Source of the DNA: Candidatus Cloacimonadota bacterium
Lineage (GTDB): Bacteria > Cloacimonadota > Cloacimonadia > Cloacimonadales > TCS61
Reading direction: 5' to 3'
DNA length: 64,000 bases
Assembly: GCA_021736135.1 (NCBI GenBank)
Contig: JAIPGO010000001.1
Coordinates: 64,228-128,227, forward strand
Every line of letters starts with the position of its first letter. Position 1 is the stretch's first letter. The notes below the pieces were generated by a model that worked only from the letters and a program-made list of their open reading frames with translations, ran no database searches and was not told the origin of the DNA. The position numbers were made by a program, and so were the translations under genes. Below, one piece after another: positions 45,442 through 55,970 of this stretch.

Positions 45442-46534
45442 ATTTGATCACTTTATCTATAAATTTTGAATTCATCAAACGGGCAACGGCCATATAATCA
45501 GGCTGAAATCCTATTTTATCACCAACTTTATATCTCTTCCCCAGTTTATCATCGCAAACTTCCAGGCTATATACCGTCATATCTGAAGTAGTACCTGAAA
45601 AGCTGAGTTTCTGATCCTTGATAGTTAAATGACGTGTATCCACATCGACCAGCCCGAAATCAAAAATAATTCTATATTGCCGTAAGGTTGAATCTTCAAG
45701 GCTTAATTCTGAAAATCCCACATTACCTTCACCAATAATACCATCAGGAGAGCCTTCTTTTAAAGCCATTTCGATAATATTAGATTTAAACTCAAAGGCA
45801 TTAGTGTAAAGCTGCTGGTATTTTTTACCCGTCAAAGGAGTAGTACCAAGAAAGGCTGCTTCTCCAATGCGGAAATGATTAACAGATGCAGGAATCTTCT
45901 TCATCCCGATTAAAGGGAGAGTAATTGAACTGCCACCGGAAATCAGCTCAATTTTACGATCAAATTTGGCTTCCAGAAGCTGACGGTAAAGCGAAAGCTG
46001 GATCAGCTTATCATAACTGGGTTCAACACCATACATACAACCAAGGTTGGTACCCAAACCAATAATTTCTATATTAGATAATTTAAAGACTTGCTCGTAA
46101 AATCTCAGAAGATCTTCACGTATTACACCTTCACGTAATTCACCCATCTCAATCATCACAATCACCCGATGGATCTTTTCCTGTTTTTCAGCTTCTCTGT
46201 TCAGGGCTTCAATCGTCTTATAAGATGAATTTAACGAAATATCGGCATATTTTACAACACTTGCAGCACTGATTAAAGCAGGTAACTTGATATACATAGT
46301 GACAATATCAGGACGGATACTCTTGATCGTTTTTAAACTCGATAATCTGGAATCTCCGATGGAATGGCAGTTTTTGATAATATCATTCTGGAGAATCTCT
46401 TTCAATACATTGTAGTTACCACTTAATACTTTGGTTACAAGAGTCCAGTTTATATTGTTCTTGTTTAGATACTCATCAAGCTTTTTAATATTCTGAATAA
46501 TCTTATTATGGTTAATTATCAGCTCTGCCATCAT
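45440..46534 (-). CDS. Alanine/ornithine racemase family PLP-dependent enzyme
   Basis: 364 aa. N-terminal TIM-barrel type with a VTKVL lysine motif. Overall layout matches the alanine racemase N-terminal domain family. Confidence 0.7.
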   Translation of the reverse strand: MMAELIINHNKIIQNIKKLDEYLNKNNINWTLVTKVLSGNYNVLKEILQNDIIKNCHSIGDSRLSSLKTIKSIRPDIVTMYIKLPALISAASVVKYADISLNSSYKTIEALNREAEKQEKIHRVIVMIEMGELREGVIREDLLRFYEQVFKLSNIEIIGLGTNLGCMYGVEPSYDKLIQLSLYRQLLEAKFDRKIELISGGSSITLPLIGMKKIPASVNHFRIGEAAFLGTTPLTGKKYQQLYTNAFEFKSNIIEMALKEGSPDGIIGEGNVGFSELSLEDSTLRQYRIIFDFGLVDVDTRHLTIKDQKLSFSGTTSDMTVYSLEVCDDKLGKRYKVGDKIGFQPDYMAVARLMNSKFIDKVIK

Positions 46535-46980
46535 TCTTCCTTATGGTAACGCATTTCTGCATATTTTTTACTAAAACCGGCACGCTCATAAAGGTTTCCG
46601 GCAGGGTTATCAAATTCCACATGCAAAGCAATATCACCTGAGACCTGTTTTTTGATCAAATCAAGCAACCTGCTGCCTAAGCCCTGATTACGCATTTCTT
46701 TGTGAACAGCAATATAGACAAGAAAATTTTCCGGAATATATAATCTCATTCCAGTTTTAATTATTACTGCTGCAGCTGCTATCTTATTTTCAGACACAGC
46801 CAGAAAAATTTCGCCACCCATACCCTGCTTTTCGGAAAATACATATTCAAGACAGGCAGCAATAGCATCCCGACTATCTCCATAACGACCAAGATGTTCA
46901 TATAAAAAATCTATAATATTTTCTATACCGGCTGAATTATTTAAATCCTCTTTATTAGTAATTTTTTCAATCCTAATCAT
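46531..46980 (-). CDS. GNAT family N-acetyltransferase
   Basis: 149 aa. Acetyl-CoA motif RNQGLGSRLLD. 4-nt overlap with the downstream racemase-family gene. Confidence 0.8.
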   Translation of the reverse strand: MIRIEKITNKEDLNNSAGIENIIDFLYEHLGRYGDSRDAIAACLEYVFSEKQGMGGEIFLAVSENKIAAAAVIIKTGMRLYIPENFLVYIAVHKEMRNQGLGSRLLDLIKKQVSGDIALHVEFDNPAGNLYERAGFSKKYAEMRYHKEE

Positions 46981-47211
46981 ATTAAAAACTCCTTTGTTAA
47001 TGGTTTATCAGAATAAACACATATCATATAATGCAAGAAATTAAAAAACTGGTATTTTGTCTATAATATTTAATTTAATTAAACTATATCAATCAATTAA
47101 TTATTTTATTTATTGTGCATTACCTGTAAATATGTTAGTCAGATTATTTGATAAAATCAGCAATTTGAGGTATATTAATTTTAAAGAGATTTGTTAAATA
47201 GAGAAAATCAT

Positions 47212-48150
47212 TTATCCTTTGGCAATAATCCTTTTAATCATTTCCGGAGACATTTTGATCAATCCCTGGTGATTTTCCGGATTTTCTTTAAGATATTTGA
47301 TAATTTCCTGGGCAGAGACTGTACCGGCTTTGAGACAGATCATTTTTGTTCCTTGTTTAGGGAGCTTGGTTATCTTCAATTGATTCTTACTGTTCAGATA
47401 AAACGTGAAGAAAATATTACTCATTTTATTTTCGGAATCCTGATAGAATAAATAAATGGTATATTTACCATCCCTGAGAACAACTTCGTAGTCTCTTATC
47501 TTCTGTATATCATACTGAGGCTTGTAGTCTTTGATGTTTGCTTCCGAGAAATAGTAAAACATTTTCTCTATAGTGTTATTCTCAATATTAGTTTTTAATC
47601 GTTTCACAAACTGAATGATCGCCTCATGCATTTGTGGAACAATAATTTTTTTTGTAGCAATATAACCGAGTTCTTTATAAGTTTCTGCTTTCAGTTTCTG
47701 TTTGATGCGAGAGATTCTTTTCCGAAGGCTGGCATGGTTCTCACCAATAATTTCAGACATTCTTTTGATATTTTGTCCGGAATTAAAATACAGAACAAGA
47801 GAGCGGGCCTCCAGTTCGTTCAGGCTTTCCATGGCTTTACGGAAATTTGTCAGCAGTTCATTATCCTCAGTGTGATCCACATCATAGAAAGAAATTAATT
47901 CATCACGGACATAATTTAAAGTAGTTCTTTCCCTATCTACGTTCGTAAAATATTTGCGACAGAAATTAAGGCAGGTACCTCTCACCCAGGATTCTGTTTT
48001 TTCGGGATTGATCATATCGCTTTTCAGAAGAAAAAGATTTATCGTCTGCGAAGCGATGTCTTCCGCCTGCTGTTTGTTGCCAAGTTTATACAGGGCAAAG
48101 CTATATGCTTTTTGAAAATGATCCTGAACATAACTATCATTCAATTCCAT
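47212..48150 (-). CDS. Sigma-70 family (ECF-like) sigma factor with ~150-aa C-terminal extension
   Basis: Region 2 (AEDIASQTINLFLLK..WVRGTCLNFCRKY). Region 4 HTH (IKRMSEIIGENHASLRKRISRIKQKL). The extension runs from aa ~170 to 316. ATG 48150 is preferred; the track start 48162 is TTG. Confidence 0.7.
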   Translation of the reverse strand: MELNDSYVQDHFQKAYSFALYKLGNKQQAEDIASQTINLFLLKSDMINPEKTESWVRGTCLNFCRKYFTNVDRERTTLNYVRDELISFYDVDHTEDNELLTNFRKAMESLNELEARSLVLYFNSGQNIKRMSEIIGENHASLRKRISRIKQKLKAETYKELGYIATKKIIVPQMHEAIIQFVKRLKTNIENNTIEKMFYYFSEANIKDYKPQYDIQKIRDYEVVLRDGKYTIYLFYQDSENKMSNIFFTFYLNSKNQLKITKLPKQGTKMICLKAGTVSAQEIIKYLKENPENHQGLIKMSPEMIKRIIAKG

Positions 48151-48268
48151 TTCACCTTCCAAGAAAAAAAAATCACATTTTTTCCATTTTTTTTGCGTGG
48201 TGTTGTCACACTTACGCTTTTTTGTGGACTATATATATAGAAACAAGAAAATTTCTAAAGGAGCCAAG

Positions 48269-48529
48269 ATGAAAAAAGTATTTAGTATTTTTATAGCCCT
48301 TGTTATCACTCTATCTATTTTTGCAGGTCCTATAATATCAGTAACCGATTATTCGTCAAGTAATAAATCAGAACAGGAAATAAAAGACCTTGTTGCCCAA
48401 AGTGTAGGAGTTATTTCTCTGGAAAGTTTACAGGACACAGAATATATATTTATTGCTGTCACGAATGATGACTGGATCATTGTAGAAATTGATGGCAACA
48501 TCTACATCTATCCCCCAGAAGAAGAATAA
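48269..48529 (+). CDS. Small secreted protein (86 aa)
   Basis: AAGGAG RBS. Signal peptide MKKVFSIFIALVITLSIFAG. A terminator follows. Confidence 0.5.
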   Translation: MKKVFSIFIALVITLSIFAGPIISVTDYSSSNKSEQEIKDLVAQSVGVISLESLQDTEYIFIAVTNDDWIIVEIDGNIYIYPPEEE

Positions 48530-48558
48530 AAGAGTCTCAATAGCCAATTAATTATAAA

Positions 48559-48593
48559 ATAGGAGGTCGGGGCTGACCTCCTATCCCTTTTTT
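48559..48593 (+). terminator. Rho-independent terminator
   Basis: ATAGGAGGTC (48559-48568) pairs with GACCTCCTAT (48575-48584), followed by CCCTTTTTT. Confidence 0.7.
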
Positions 48594-49454
48594 AAAATTA
48601 ACAGAACCAGAAATAACCTTCGGTAAATATAGAAATTCCACTTTTAGTCAGTTTGCTTCTAATTATCATATTTTTCAATATATTAGTAACATATTGCTTT
48701 CCATATGACAACATCCGGATTATTTTGCATTTAATTTCAATAATATATAGAAGAAGCTAAATAAACTTACACCGGCATTTTACCCATTTTGTGCAATAGG
48801 ATTTCACAATATTGATTTAAACCTTACAGTAAAAGAAACAGATAACAAATCAGAAAGATTTCCGGTGGAAGTATGGAGGAGCATTTTTACTTTGAAAATT
48901 TTTCACTGAACGACAGTCCATTCGGTTCAAGCGACTGGTGAAATTTTATAACTCGTATAACCTGATAATTTTCAATGCGTTTAGGCATATTGAGAGATGG
49001 CATTTTTAGAAATAAAATTTATAAATCTATTAGCATCAATGATTACGTGTAATTTAGTGTCCTTTAGCTGACACAAATTTTAAGACAGAAAACAAAATCT
49101 AAAGATTGGCAGAAAAAAAATAAAAATTATCTTTTAATGCCAATATTGAATATTTGTACTATGATTAACTAATTACCTGATGGAGGGATAATATAACTGA
49201 CGAAAAAGATTAGAGAGACGTAAGTGGAACAACAAAAAAAAATGAAAAATAATAATAATAATCCTTTAGCAAATATGTAATTAAGGAGTTAATACGGAAA
49301 AGCCAAATAACATGGTTAAAGTTATAAAACATTATATTTTAGGTATTTAATGATGACCATCTTTTAAATTAAGAGAAAATAAAGATGAAATTTCTTATCT
49401 TGACATTGAAAAGGTAATGCTCATATTGACGGGAGAAAATTGAGGGTTAAAAAC

Positions 49455-49561
49455 TTATCCACACAAATAATTACGTTATGTGGATAAGTGGAAAATTTAG
49501 CTTTATATGTTTAAAATCAAAAGAGTTATGTATTATTCACCTGTAGTATTTATGTGGATAA
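49455..49561. promoter_or_regulatory. DnaA-box cluster upstream of dnaA (oriC / dnaA autoregulatory region)
   Basis: Perfect TTATCCACA at 49455-49463, and its complement TGTGGATAA at 49479-49487 and 49553-49561. Near-consensus TTATTCACC at 49533-49541. Preceded by ~850 bp of very AT-rich non-coding DNA. Confidence 0.8.
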
Positions 49562-49576
49562 CACAAGAAGGAAATT

Positions 49577-50923
49577 ATGAACAGAGCAGAAAATATCTGG
49601 GAAAAAGTATTAGATGTTTTACAGGAACATGTAAATGAGCAAACCTATCGCACCTGGTTTCGCGAGACAAAATTGATAGAGAAAGAAGAACAGAGTTTAA
49701 CAATACATGTTCCAACACATTTTATTGCTCAATATCTGAATTCCAATTACAAGACGATGGTATCCGAGATATGTTACACCTTGTTTGATAATAAATACAA
49801 TGTAAATTTCACGAACAGAGAAACGGGAGAAATCAAGCCTGTATTGTCGTCATATATGACCTTAAAATCAGAGAGCCGTCAAAGTAATGATATACCACGT
49901 CTTAATCCTAATTATCAATTCAAGGATTTTGTAATTGGCAGTAATAATCGTTTTGCGCAGTCCGCAGCCTTTGCGGTGGCTGAATCACCAGGCACTACAT
50001 ATAATCCATTATTTATTTATGGCAAGTCAGGGATGGGAAAGACTCATTTAATGCAGGCGATAGGGCACATGGTTTTAGATCTGCATGAGTATAAAAGAGT
50101 ATATTACATAACAACTGAGCAATTTACGAATGAAATGATAGATAGTATCCGCAGCAATGCAATGGATAAGTTTCGCAATAAATTCCGTTATTTTGACGTA
50201 TTATTAATTGATGACATCCAGTTTTTATCGAGCAAGGAAGGTACCCAAGAAGAATTTTTTCATACTTTCAATGCTTTATATGAGACCAAGAAGCAGATAA
50301 TAGTGACGAGTGACCGTTTACCCAGGGAAATACCCGATCTGGAACAGCGTCTGGTTTCACGTTTTGAGTGGGGATTAATGACGGACCTGAAGCAGCCCAA
50401 CTTTGAGACAAGAGTAGCAATATTGAAGAAAAAGGCAGAGCGTGATAATATCAATCTTCCGGAGGAAGTGATAAATTATATAGCAGAAAACATTACGAGT
50501 AATGTAAGGGCATTAGAGGGTTCTCTGGTTAAAATCCAGGCTTGGACAGGATATAAGGGCATAGATTCGGATGGCATTGACATTGAGTTGATCAAAGATA
50601 TTTTAAAAGATTTGTTTTCTGAGAAGAAATCCCGCATTACATTAGATTTAATCTGTAACAAAGTATGCAATAATTTTAACATAAACAGCAACAGCATATT
50701 TTTAAAGACACGTAAAAGCGAAATAGCGCAACCGCGGCAAATCGCCATGTATCTTTCCAATCTCTATATACCTTCATTGACTTTGAAGACAATAGCCAAT
50801 TATTATAAGTTGAAAGACCACACGACGGTATTGCATGCCATCAAAAGTATCAAGACCAAAATAGAGATAGATAATGATCTTAAATATCAGGTACAGAGCC
50901 TGATGGATCAGCTCAAACAATAG
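49577..50923 (+). CDS. dnaA: Chromosomal replication initiator protein DnaA
   Basis: 448 aa. Walker A GKSGMGKTHL, Walker B LLIDDIQF, C-terminal DNA-binding domain (LKDHTTVLHA). Confidence 0.97.
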   Translation: MNRAENIWEKVLDVLQEHVNEQTYRTWFRETKLIEKEEQSLTIHVPTHFIAQYLNSNYKTMVSEICYTLFDNKYNVNFTNRETGEIKPVLSSYMTLKSESRQSNDIPRLNPNYQFKDFVIGSNNRFAQSAAFAVAESPGTTYNPLFIYGKSGMGKTHLMQAIGHMVLDLHEYKRVYYITTEQFTNEMIDSIRSNAMDKFRNKFRYFDVLLIDDIQFLSSKEGTQEEFFHTFNALYETKKQIIVTSDRLPREIPDLEQRLVSRFEWGLMTDLKQPNFETRVAILKKKAERDNINLPEEVINYIAENITSNVRALEGSLVKIQAWTGYKGIDSDGIDIELIKDILKDLFSEKKSRITLDLICNKVCNNFNINSNSIFLKTRKSEIAQPRQIAMYLSNLYIPSLTLKTIANYYKLKDHTTVLHAIKSIKTKIEIDNDLKYQVQSLMDQLKQ

Positions 50924-51120
50924 TTATTCACATATTCACAATAATAAATGTTGATAAATGTTCATAAGTATAAAAAATTTGTCTGGAAATATCATAAGGT
51001 GTATTACGCTGGATAAAAGGAAGAGTTATCCACAGCATATTCACAGTATGATGTTTAGTTGAATGAATTCAGAAGGTAATAAGTTAGGTATAGTAAAAGT
51101 GGATTTTCCACATATCCACA
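50924..51120. other. Second DnaA-box cluster downstream of dnaA (other half of a bipartite oriC)
   Basis: Perfect TTATCCACA at 51026-51034. Near-consensus boxes at 50924-50932, 50932-50940, 51037-51045, 51104-51112 and 51112-51120. Confidence 0.7.
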
Positions 51121-51171
51121 CTGCCTACTAATACTACTGGATTTATACAATAATAATATCAGGAGTAATAT

Positions 51172-52473
51172 ATGAGAAAAAATGTTTGGCTGCTGCTTTC
51201 AATAATAGTATTGTTAAGTGCCTGTACACAGAAAGAAAATCCAGTGGGTTATGATCCGTATAATGAACCGATTCTGATCAAACTGAAAAATGACATCATT
51301 ACTAATGTTTACAGTTATGAGGACACAGTAAAAAGCTATATGAATGCTACCGTAATCAGTCTGGGAAACCGTGACAAATATGAGAGTAGAATATTGTTTC
51401 GTTTTATCAGTTTTCCTGATTCTCTGGTGGAAATAGAAAATAACGAGATAATGCTTAAACTGGTAGTAAACAAACAACGTAATTGCGAGAACAGCATCAT
51501 AAAAATAGGTAAGATGAACCAGAGCTGGAGTCAGAATTACGTATCCTGGAAGAATGCTGCAGATACTCTGGAATGGGAAAATCCCAATTTTGAAGATACT
51601 GGTTACATTTTTGAGATAAATGGGACTTATGCAGCTAATGATACTATTGAAATATTGTTACCGATACAGCTTTTTTACAGCCAGACAGGAGAAAAATATT
51701 TTGCAGACAGTCTCAGCGTTGATTATGGTATAATTCTGGAACGTGAAATAAGCGAGGAATCCGGTGAAGACATCATAGAATTTTTCAGTTATGAAAGTGA
51801 TGTGTCAAACCGCCCGGGCTTAAGTTTTAACTATAAAACGGAAACAATTGACGAGGAATTTACATCCTGGAGCAGCAGCGTAGTCTATGATGCAACACTA
51901 TTTACTTCGCGTGAAGAAGATCTGGAAGATTTTGAAGTATATGGAGACAGTCTGCTTTTACGTAACATGAGTCCGACAAAGATGTTTCTGGGTCTTGATA
52001 TTTCCGCAGTCGACATAATAAATGTTTTACATGAACAGGATTCCACCTATATTTTCACAGATGAAGATTTTAACCGGATGACAGTGAACAAAGCTACTTT
52101 AGTGTTACAGGCAAAATCAGATAAATATCTCAGCAACGATAAAATATATGTGATGCCTTATCTAATGACAGACAGCATTTGGGTGGCAACACCGGAAGCT
52201 GGAAATATTCCTGTTTATCAAGAGCAGTTTGAATATATCAGCGGTACGAGTACGACAAGTGACAGTCTGGAAAGTGGTGAATACCGGGTTGATATAACAG
52301 AAGTATTACAGGCATATTTTGTGGAGGATGATAATAACAGTGGTTTTGGGATTGTATTCTTTTCAGCGCGGGAGAGTCGTGATTTATCTCAGGTGAGATT
52401 TTATAATCAATTTGATGAAGAGTTAAAGAGACCTTATATTGAATTATATTTTACTCCCCCGTTATTACGATAA
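51172..52473 (+). CDS. Hypothetical lipoprotein (433 aa)
   Basis: Lipobox LLSAC. AGGAG RBS. No motif recognised. Confidence 0.65.
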   Translation: MRKNVWLLLSIIVLLSACTQKENPVGYDPYNEPILIKLKNDIITNVYSYEDTVKSYMNATVISLGNRDKYESRILFRFISFPDSLVEIENNEIMLKLVVNKQRNCENSIIKIGKMNQSWSQNYVSWKNAADTLEWENPNFEDTGYIFEINGTYAANDTIEILLPIQLFYSQTGEKYFADSLSVDYGIILEREISEESGEDIIEFFSYESDVSNRPGLSFNYKTETIDEEFTSWSSSVVYDATLFTSREEDLEDFEVYGDSLLLRNMSPTKMFLGLDISAVDIINVLHEQDSTYIFTDEDFNRMTVNKATLVLQAKSDKYLSNDKIYVMPYLMTDSIWVATPEAGNIPVYQEQFEYISGTSTTSDSLESGEYRVDITEVLQAYFVEDDNNSGFGIVFFSARESRDLSQVRFYNQFDEELKRPYIELYFTPPLLR

Positions 52474-52490
52474 GTACAAGAGGTAAAAAA

Positions 52491-53306
52491 ATGAGAAAGC
52501 TGCTATATTTACTACTAATAATAATATTGGCAGTTTCAGGATGCAAAGCCAAAAAAGACATGGATTATATAGCCCGGGTAAATGATGAGGTATTGACCCT
52601 GGAGGAATTTAAGGCCTCATTCGGCGAGGCAGAATGGAAAAAGCTCGATGACAGAGCCAAGGAGAAATATATTGATGAATGGGTAAATTTGAGTTTACTA
52701 TCACAGGAATGTGACAGGAAAGGATTAAGTTCGAGTCCAGTCATTCAGGAAAGAATTAGGATATCAGCTAAAAAAATCAAGGCGAATGCTCTGATTGCTT
52801 CGGAACTGAGAGAAATTCCTTCCAGTGAGGAGGAGCAGTTTTCATATTATCAGCTTCATCACACGGAATACAGGAAAAAGAGTAAGGAATATAATTATCA
52901 GCGAATTTTGATAAAGGACAAGCAGAAGCTGGAGGAAGTGGCAGACAAACTAAGATCGGGATTAAAATTCAAGGATATGGCTAAAGAATATTCAGAGGAA
53001 GCCGCAGGACGGAAAGGAGGGTATATGGGTTTTGCCACGGAAAATTCAATAAGTTCCGACATCTGGCAGGCTCTGGAATCTCTTGAGCAATATCGCTGGA
53101 AATCGCTTGAATATAAGGGTGGTTTTATGATATTGCGTTGGTATGAAAAGCGAGAGCTGGATATTGAAATGCCCTTTTCAGACGTGCGGGACGAGATATG
53201 TGAAAAATTAAGTGCCCAAAACCGGCAGGATAAGTTTGACAGATTAAAGAAAGAGCTGGAAGATTCCAGTATAATAGAGAAGAAATTTATTTTTAATGGA
53301 GATTAA
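52491..53306 (+). CDS. SurA/PrsA-like peptidylprolyl isomerase (parvulin-type), lipoprotein
   Basis: Signal peptide with AVSGC. Parvulin-like half YNYQRILIKD..GGYMGFAT. Confidence 0.7.
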   Translation: MRKLLYLLLIIILAVSGCKAKKDMDYIARVNDEVLTLEEFKASFGEAEWKKLDDRAKEKYIDEWVNLSLLSQECDRKGLSSSPVIQERIRISAKKIKANALIASELREIPSSEEEQFSYYQLHHTEYRKKSKEYNYQRILIKDKQKLEEVADKLRSGLKFKDMAKEYSEEAAGRKGGYMGFATENSISSDIWQALESLEQYRWKSLEYKGGFMILRWYEKRELDIEMPFSDVRDEICEKLSAQNRQDKFDRLKKELEDSSIIEKKFIFNGD

Positions 53307-53309
53307 TTT

Positions 53310-54569
53310 ATGAAAAGAATTGTAATTATATTAATATTGCTGCAGTTTCTGGTTATATTGTCTGGTGAGACCGTGGATCGAATAGTGGCAAAAGTCGGAA
53401 AGGAAATAATACTGCAAAGCGAATTAAATAAGAGATTTGAACAGTTGAAATCCATGCAGATAATAGAAGAGGACACGAGTAAGGAAGATGTGCTGAATGA
53501 TATGATAGAATCAGAACTGATCATTCTGGAAGCTCGAAACAAAGGGATAGAGACGGATAAAGTACAAATGAAGCAGATGGCAGATCAGCAGATAGAAGAG
53601 CTCAAAAAGCAATTTGAGAACGAACTGGAATTTAGAAAACAACTGCAGACTGAAACCGGGATGACACCAACAGAGCTTAAGGATTATTATGTGATGATGA
53701 TAACAGAACAGCGTCTGCGAGAAGAAGTAATAAATGACGAGATCAAAAGCAAGCTGCATGTAACAGATGCAGAAGTGGAAGAATATTATGAAGAGAATCT
53801 GGATGAAATACCAAGACGACCGGCAGCCGATAAACTTGGTATGATCATGCTTACAATCAAGGCAGGTAAAGAGACACGTGATAAAGCGCTTCGCGAAATT
53901 CTGGAAATAAAAGATGAATTGAATAAAGGAGCTGATTTTACAGAATTAGCTAAAGAAAAGAGTGACTGTCCCAGCAATGCAGAGGGTGGAGATCTGGGAT
54001 TTTTTGAACGTGGAATGATGGTTAAACCATTTGAAGATGCAGCTTTTAAACTTACACCAGGTGAAATAAGCGATGTGGTGGAAACCGGATTTGGTTTTCA
54101 TTTGATAATGCTGGAAGAAAAAAAGGATGATCAGATAAGGGTTCGTCATATCCTAAAAATGCTCAAACCTTCTGAAGAAGACATTCTTACAACCGAACAG
54201 CTAATTGAAGATATTAAGCAGCAACTGGATGCGGGGGGAGATTTCTACGAACTTGCTCGAAAATATTCTCAAGAAGACTCATCGGCTGCCGATGGTGGAG
54301 TAATAGGTGAATTTGCGGCTGATGAATATCCTGAGCTGTTCAGACAGTATTTTGTAAATCTGGATTATAGTGAATATAGTAAAGTTATTAGAGAAGAAGA
54401 TAATTTCTATATTTTTGGCAAACTTGAAGCTATACCGGAAAGGGCATATACATATCTTGAAATATATGAAATTTTGAAAGATAAAGTGCTCTATCAGAAA
54501 CAGATAGAACTTTATGATCAATGGATTAATGAATTAAAGAAAGAGTCATATATCGAGATATTTTTATGA
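53310..54569 (+). CDS. SurA-like periplasmic chaperone / peptidylprolyl isomerase
   Basis: Signal peptide. Parvulin domain GGDLGFFERGMMVKPFEDAAF..GFGFHLIML, plus a second degenerate copy (GGVIGEFA). Confidence 0.8.
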   Translation: MKRIVIILILLQFLVILSGETVDRIVAKVGKEIILQSELNKRFEQLKSMQIIEEDTSKEDVLNDMIESELIILEARNKGIETDKVQMKQMADQQIEELKKQFENELEFRKQLQTETGMTPTELKDYYVMMITEQRLREEVINDEIKSKLHVTDAEVEEYYEENLDEIPRRPAADKLGMIMLTIKAGKETRDKALREILEIKDELNKGADFTELAKEKSDCPSNAEGGDLGFFERGMMVKPFEDAAFKLTPGEISDVVETGFGFHLIMLEEKKDDQIRVRHILKMLKPSEEDILTTEQLIEDIKQQLDAGGDFYELARKYSQEDSSAADGGVIGEFAADEYPELFRQYFVNLDYSEYSKVIREEDNFYIFGKLEAIPERAYTYLEIYEILKDKVLYQKQIELYDQWINELKKESYIEIFL

Positions 54570-55036
54570 TAAAAGAAAGAATATCTCTGATGATTGCCAC
54601 CTGTCTGGGAACGGGTTATTTTCCAAAGATGCCAGGTACGGCGGGTTCTGCCTTAGCAGCAATGGTTTATATAATATTACCAGCTGCTATTTTCAGCAGT
54701 ATTTCTGGTAATCTGCTGTTTTTGTTGCTAATACTAATTCTTTTTATCATATTAATCCCCTTTGTTAATGTAAGTGAAAAGATACTGGGGCATGATAACG
54801 GAAAGATTGTAATAGATGAGTTTCTGGGTTATATGACAGCAACAGTTTTTTTACCCAAGAGTCTGACAACGGCACTGGCAGCATTTGTATTTTTCCGATT
54901 ATACGATATATTAAAACCAGAACCGGTTAATGCTTTACAAAAGCTTCCCGGTGGTTTTGGAGTAATGGCTGATGATCTGATGGCAGGGATATATGCTAAC
55001 ATAAGCAGTCAGATAGTATTTCGAATATTAATATAA
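54566..55036 (+). CDS. pgpA: Phosphatidylglycerophosphatase A
   Basis: GTGYFPKMPGTAGS motif. 156-aa membrane protein. Confidence 0.85.
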   Translation: MIKERISLMIATCLGTGYFPKMPGTAGSALAAMVYIILPAAIFSSISGNLLFLLLILILFIILIPFVNVSEKILGHDNGKIVIDEFLGYMTATVFLPKSLTTALAAFVFFRLYDILKPEPVNALQKLPGGFGVMADDLMAGIYANISSQIVFRILI

Positions 55037-55066
55037 AGTTAGCAAAGAATAAACAAGGAGAATTGA

Positions 55067-55411
55067 ATGAGTTTTTTATTTTTAATGAGTAATGCACAGG
55101 CTGGAGCAGATGGAACGCCGCCAAATCCTTTAATGCAGTTGTTTCCATTTGCTTTAATGTTTCTGATATTATGGTTCATGATTATCCGTCCGCAAAGAAA
55201 GCGTCAGAAAGAAATGGAAAAGATGATGAGTGAATTGAAGATACACGATCAGATAGTAACAACAGGTGGTATTTACGGAACAATTGTGAATATTAAGAAG
55301 GAAAAGAACATCATTGTGTTGCGCGTTGATGAAAGCACAAATGCCAAAATTGAGATACAGCGCAGCTCAATAGCCGGTGTAATCAAACAGGAAAAGGAAG
55401 ATGAAAAGTAA
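55067..55411 (+). CDS. yajC: Preprotein translocase subunit YajC
   Basis: IRPQRKRQKE..DQIVTTGGIYGTIV. Confidence 0.85.
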   Translation: MSFLFLMSNAQAGADGTPPNPLMQLFPFALMFLILWFMIIRPQRKRQKEMEKMMSELKIHDQIVTTGGIYGTIVNIKKEKNIIVLRVDESTNAKIEIQRSSIAGVIKQEKEDEK

Positions 55412-55970
55412 ACCGGAAGTATTACCGGTCAGAGTAATTGGTGATAAAATACTGCGCACAAAAGCATTAGATGTTTTGGATGACAGCGAGGAATTGCAGG
55501 AATTTATCCAGGATCTTATATTGACAATGTATGAGGATGATGGTGTAGGTCTGGCAGCACCACAAGTGGGAAAGTCTCTAAGGATATTTGTAGTTGATCC
55601 TTACTGGTATCGGGAAGGACATGAGAAGAATCCCCTTGTCTTTATAAATCCGGAATTCAAGGAATTTTCCGGTGAAGATATCGAAGATGAAGGTTGTCTA
55701 AGTCTTCCAGGTATATATGCCAAAGTTCCACGAGCTGAACGCGTGATCATTGAAGGATTGAATGAAAAATTTAAAAAAATTCGTTTTGAGGCTGAAGATA
55801 TGTTTGCTCGAAGTCTTCAACACGAATATGATCATTTGGATGGGATACTGTTTATTGATAAGGTGGCACCACTTCAGAGAGCAATGTTTGTCAGAAAATT
55901 GAAGGAACTGGAATCTGGCACAGATGAAAATGGAGTAAATATCAAACGGAAGGAGCATGAAGATAATTAG
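55401..55970 (+). CDS. def: Peptide deformylase
   Basis: GVGLAAPQVG, EGCLSLPG, HEYDHL. Confidence 0.95.
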   Translation: MKSKPEVLPVRVIGDKILRTKALDVLDDSEELQEFIQDLILTMYEDDGVGLAAPQVGKSLRIFVVDPYWYREGHEKNPLVFINPEFKEFSGEDIEDEGCLSLPGIYAKVPRAERVIIEGLNEKFKKIRFEAEDMFARSLQHEYDHLDGILFIDKVAPLQRAMFVRKLKELESGTDENGVNIKRKEHEDN

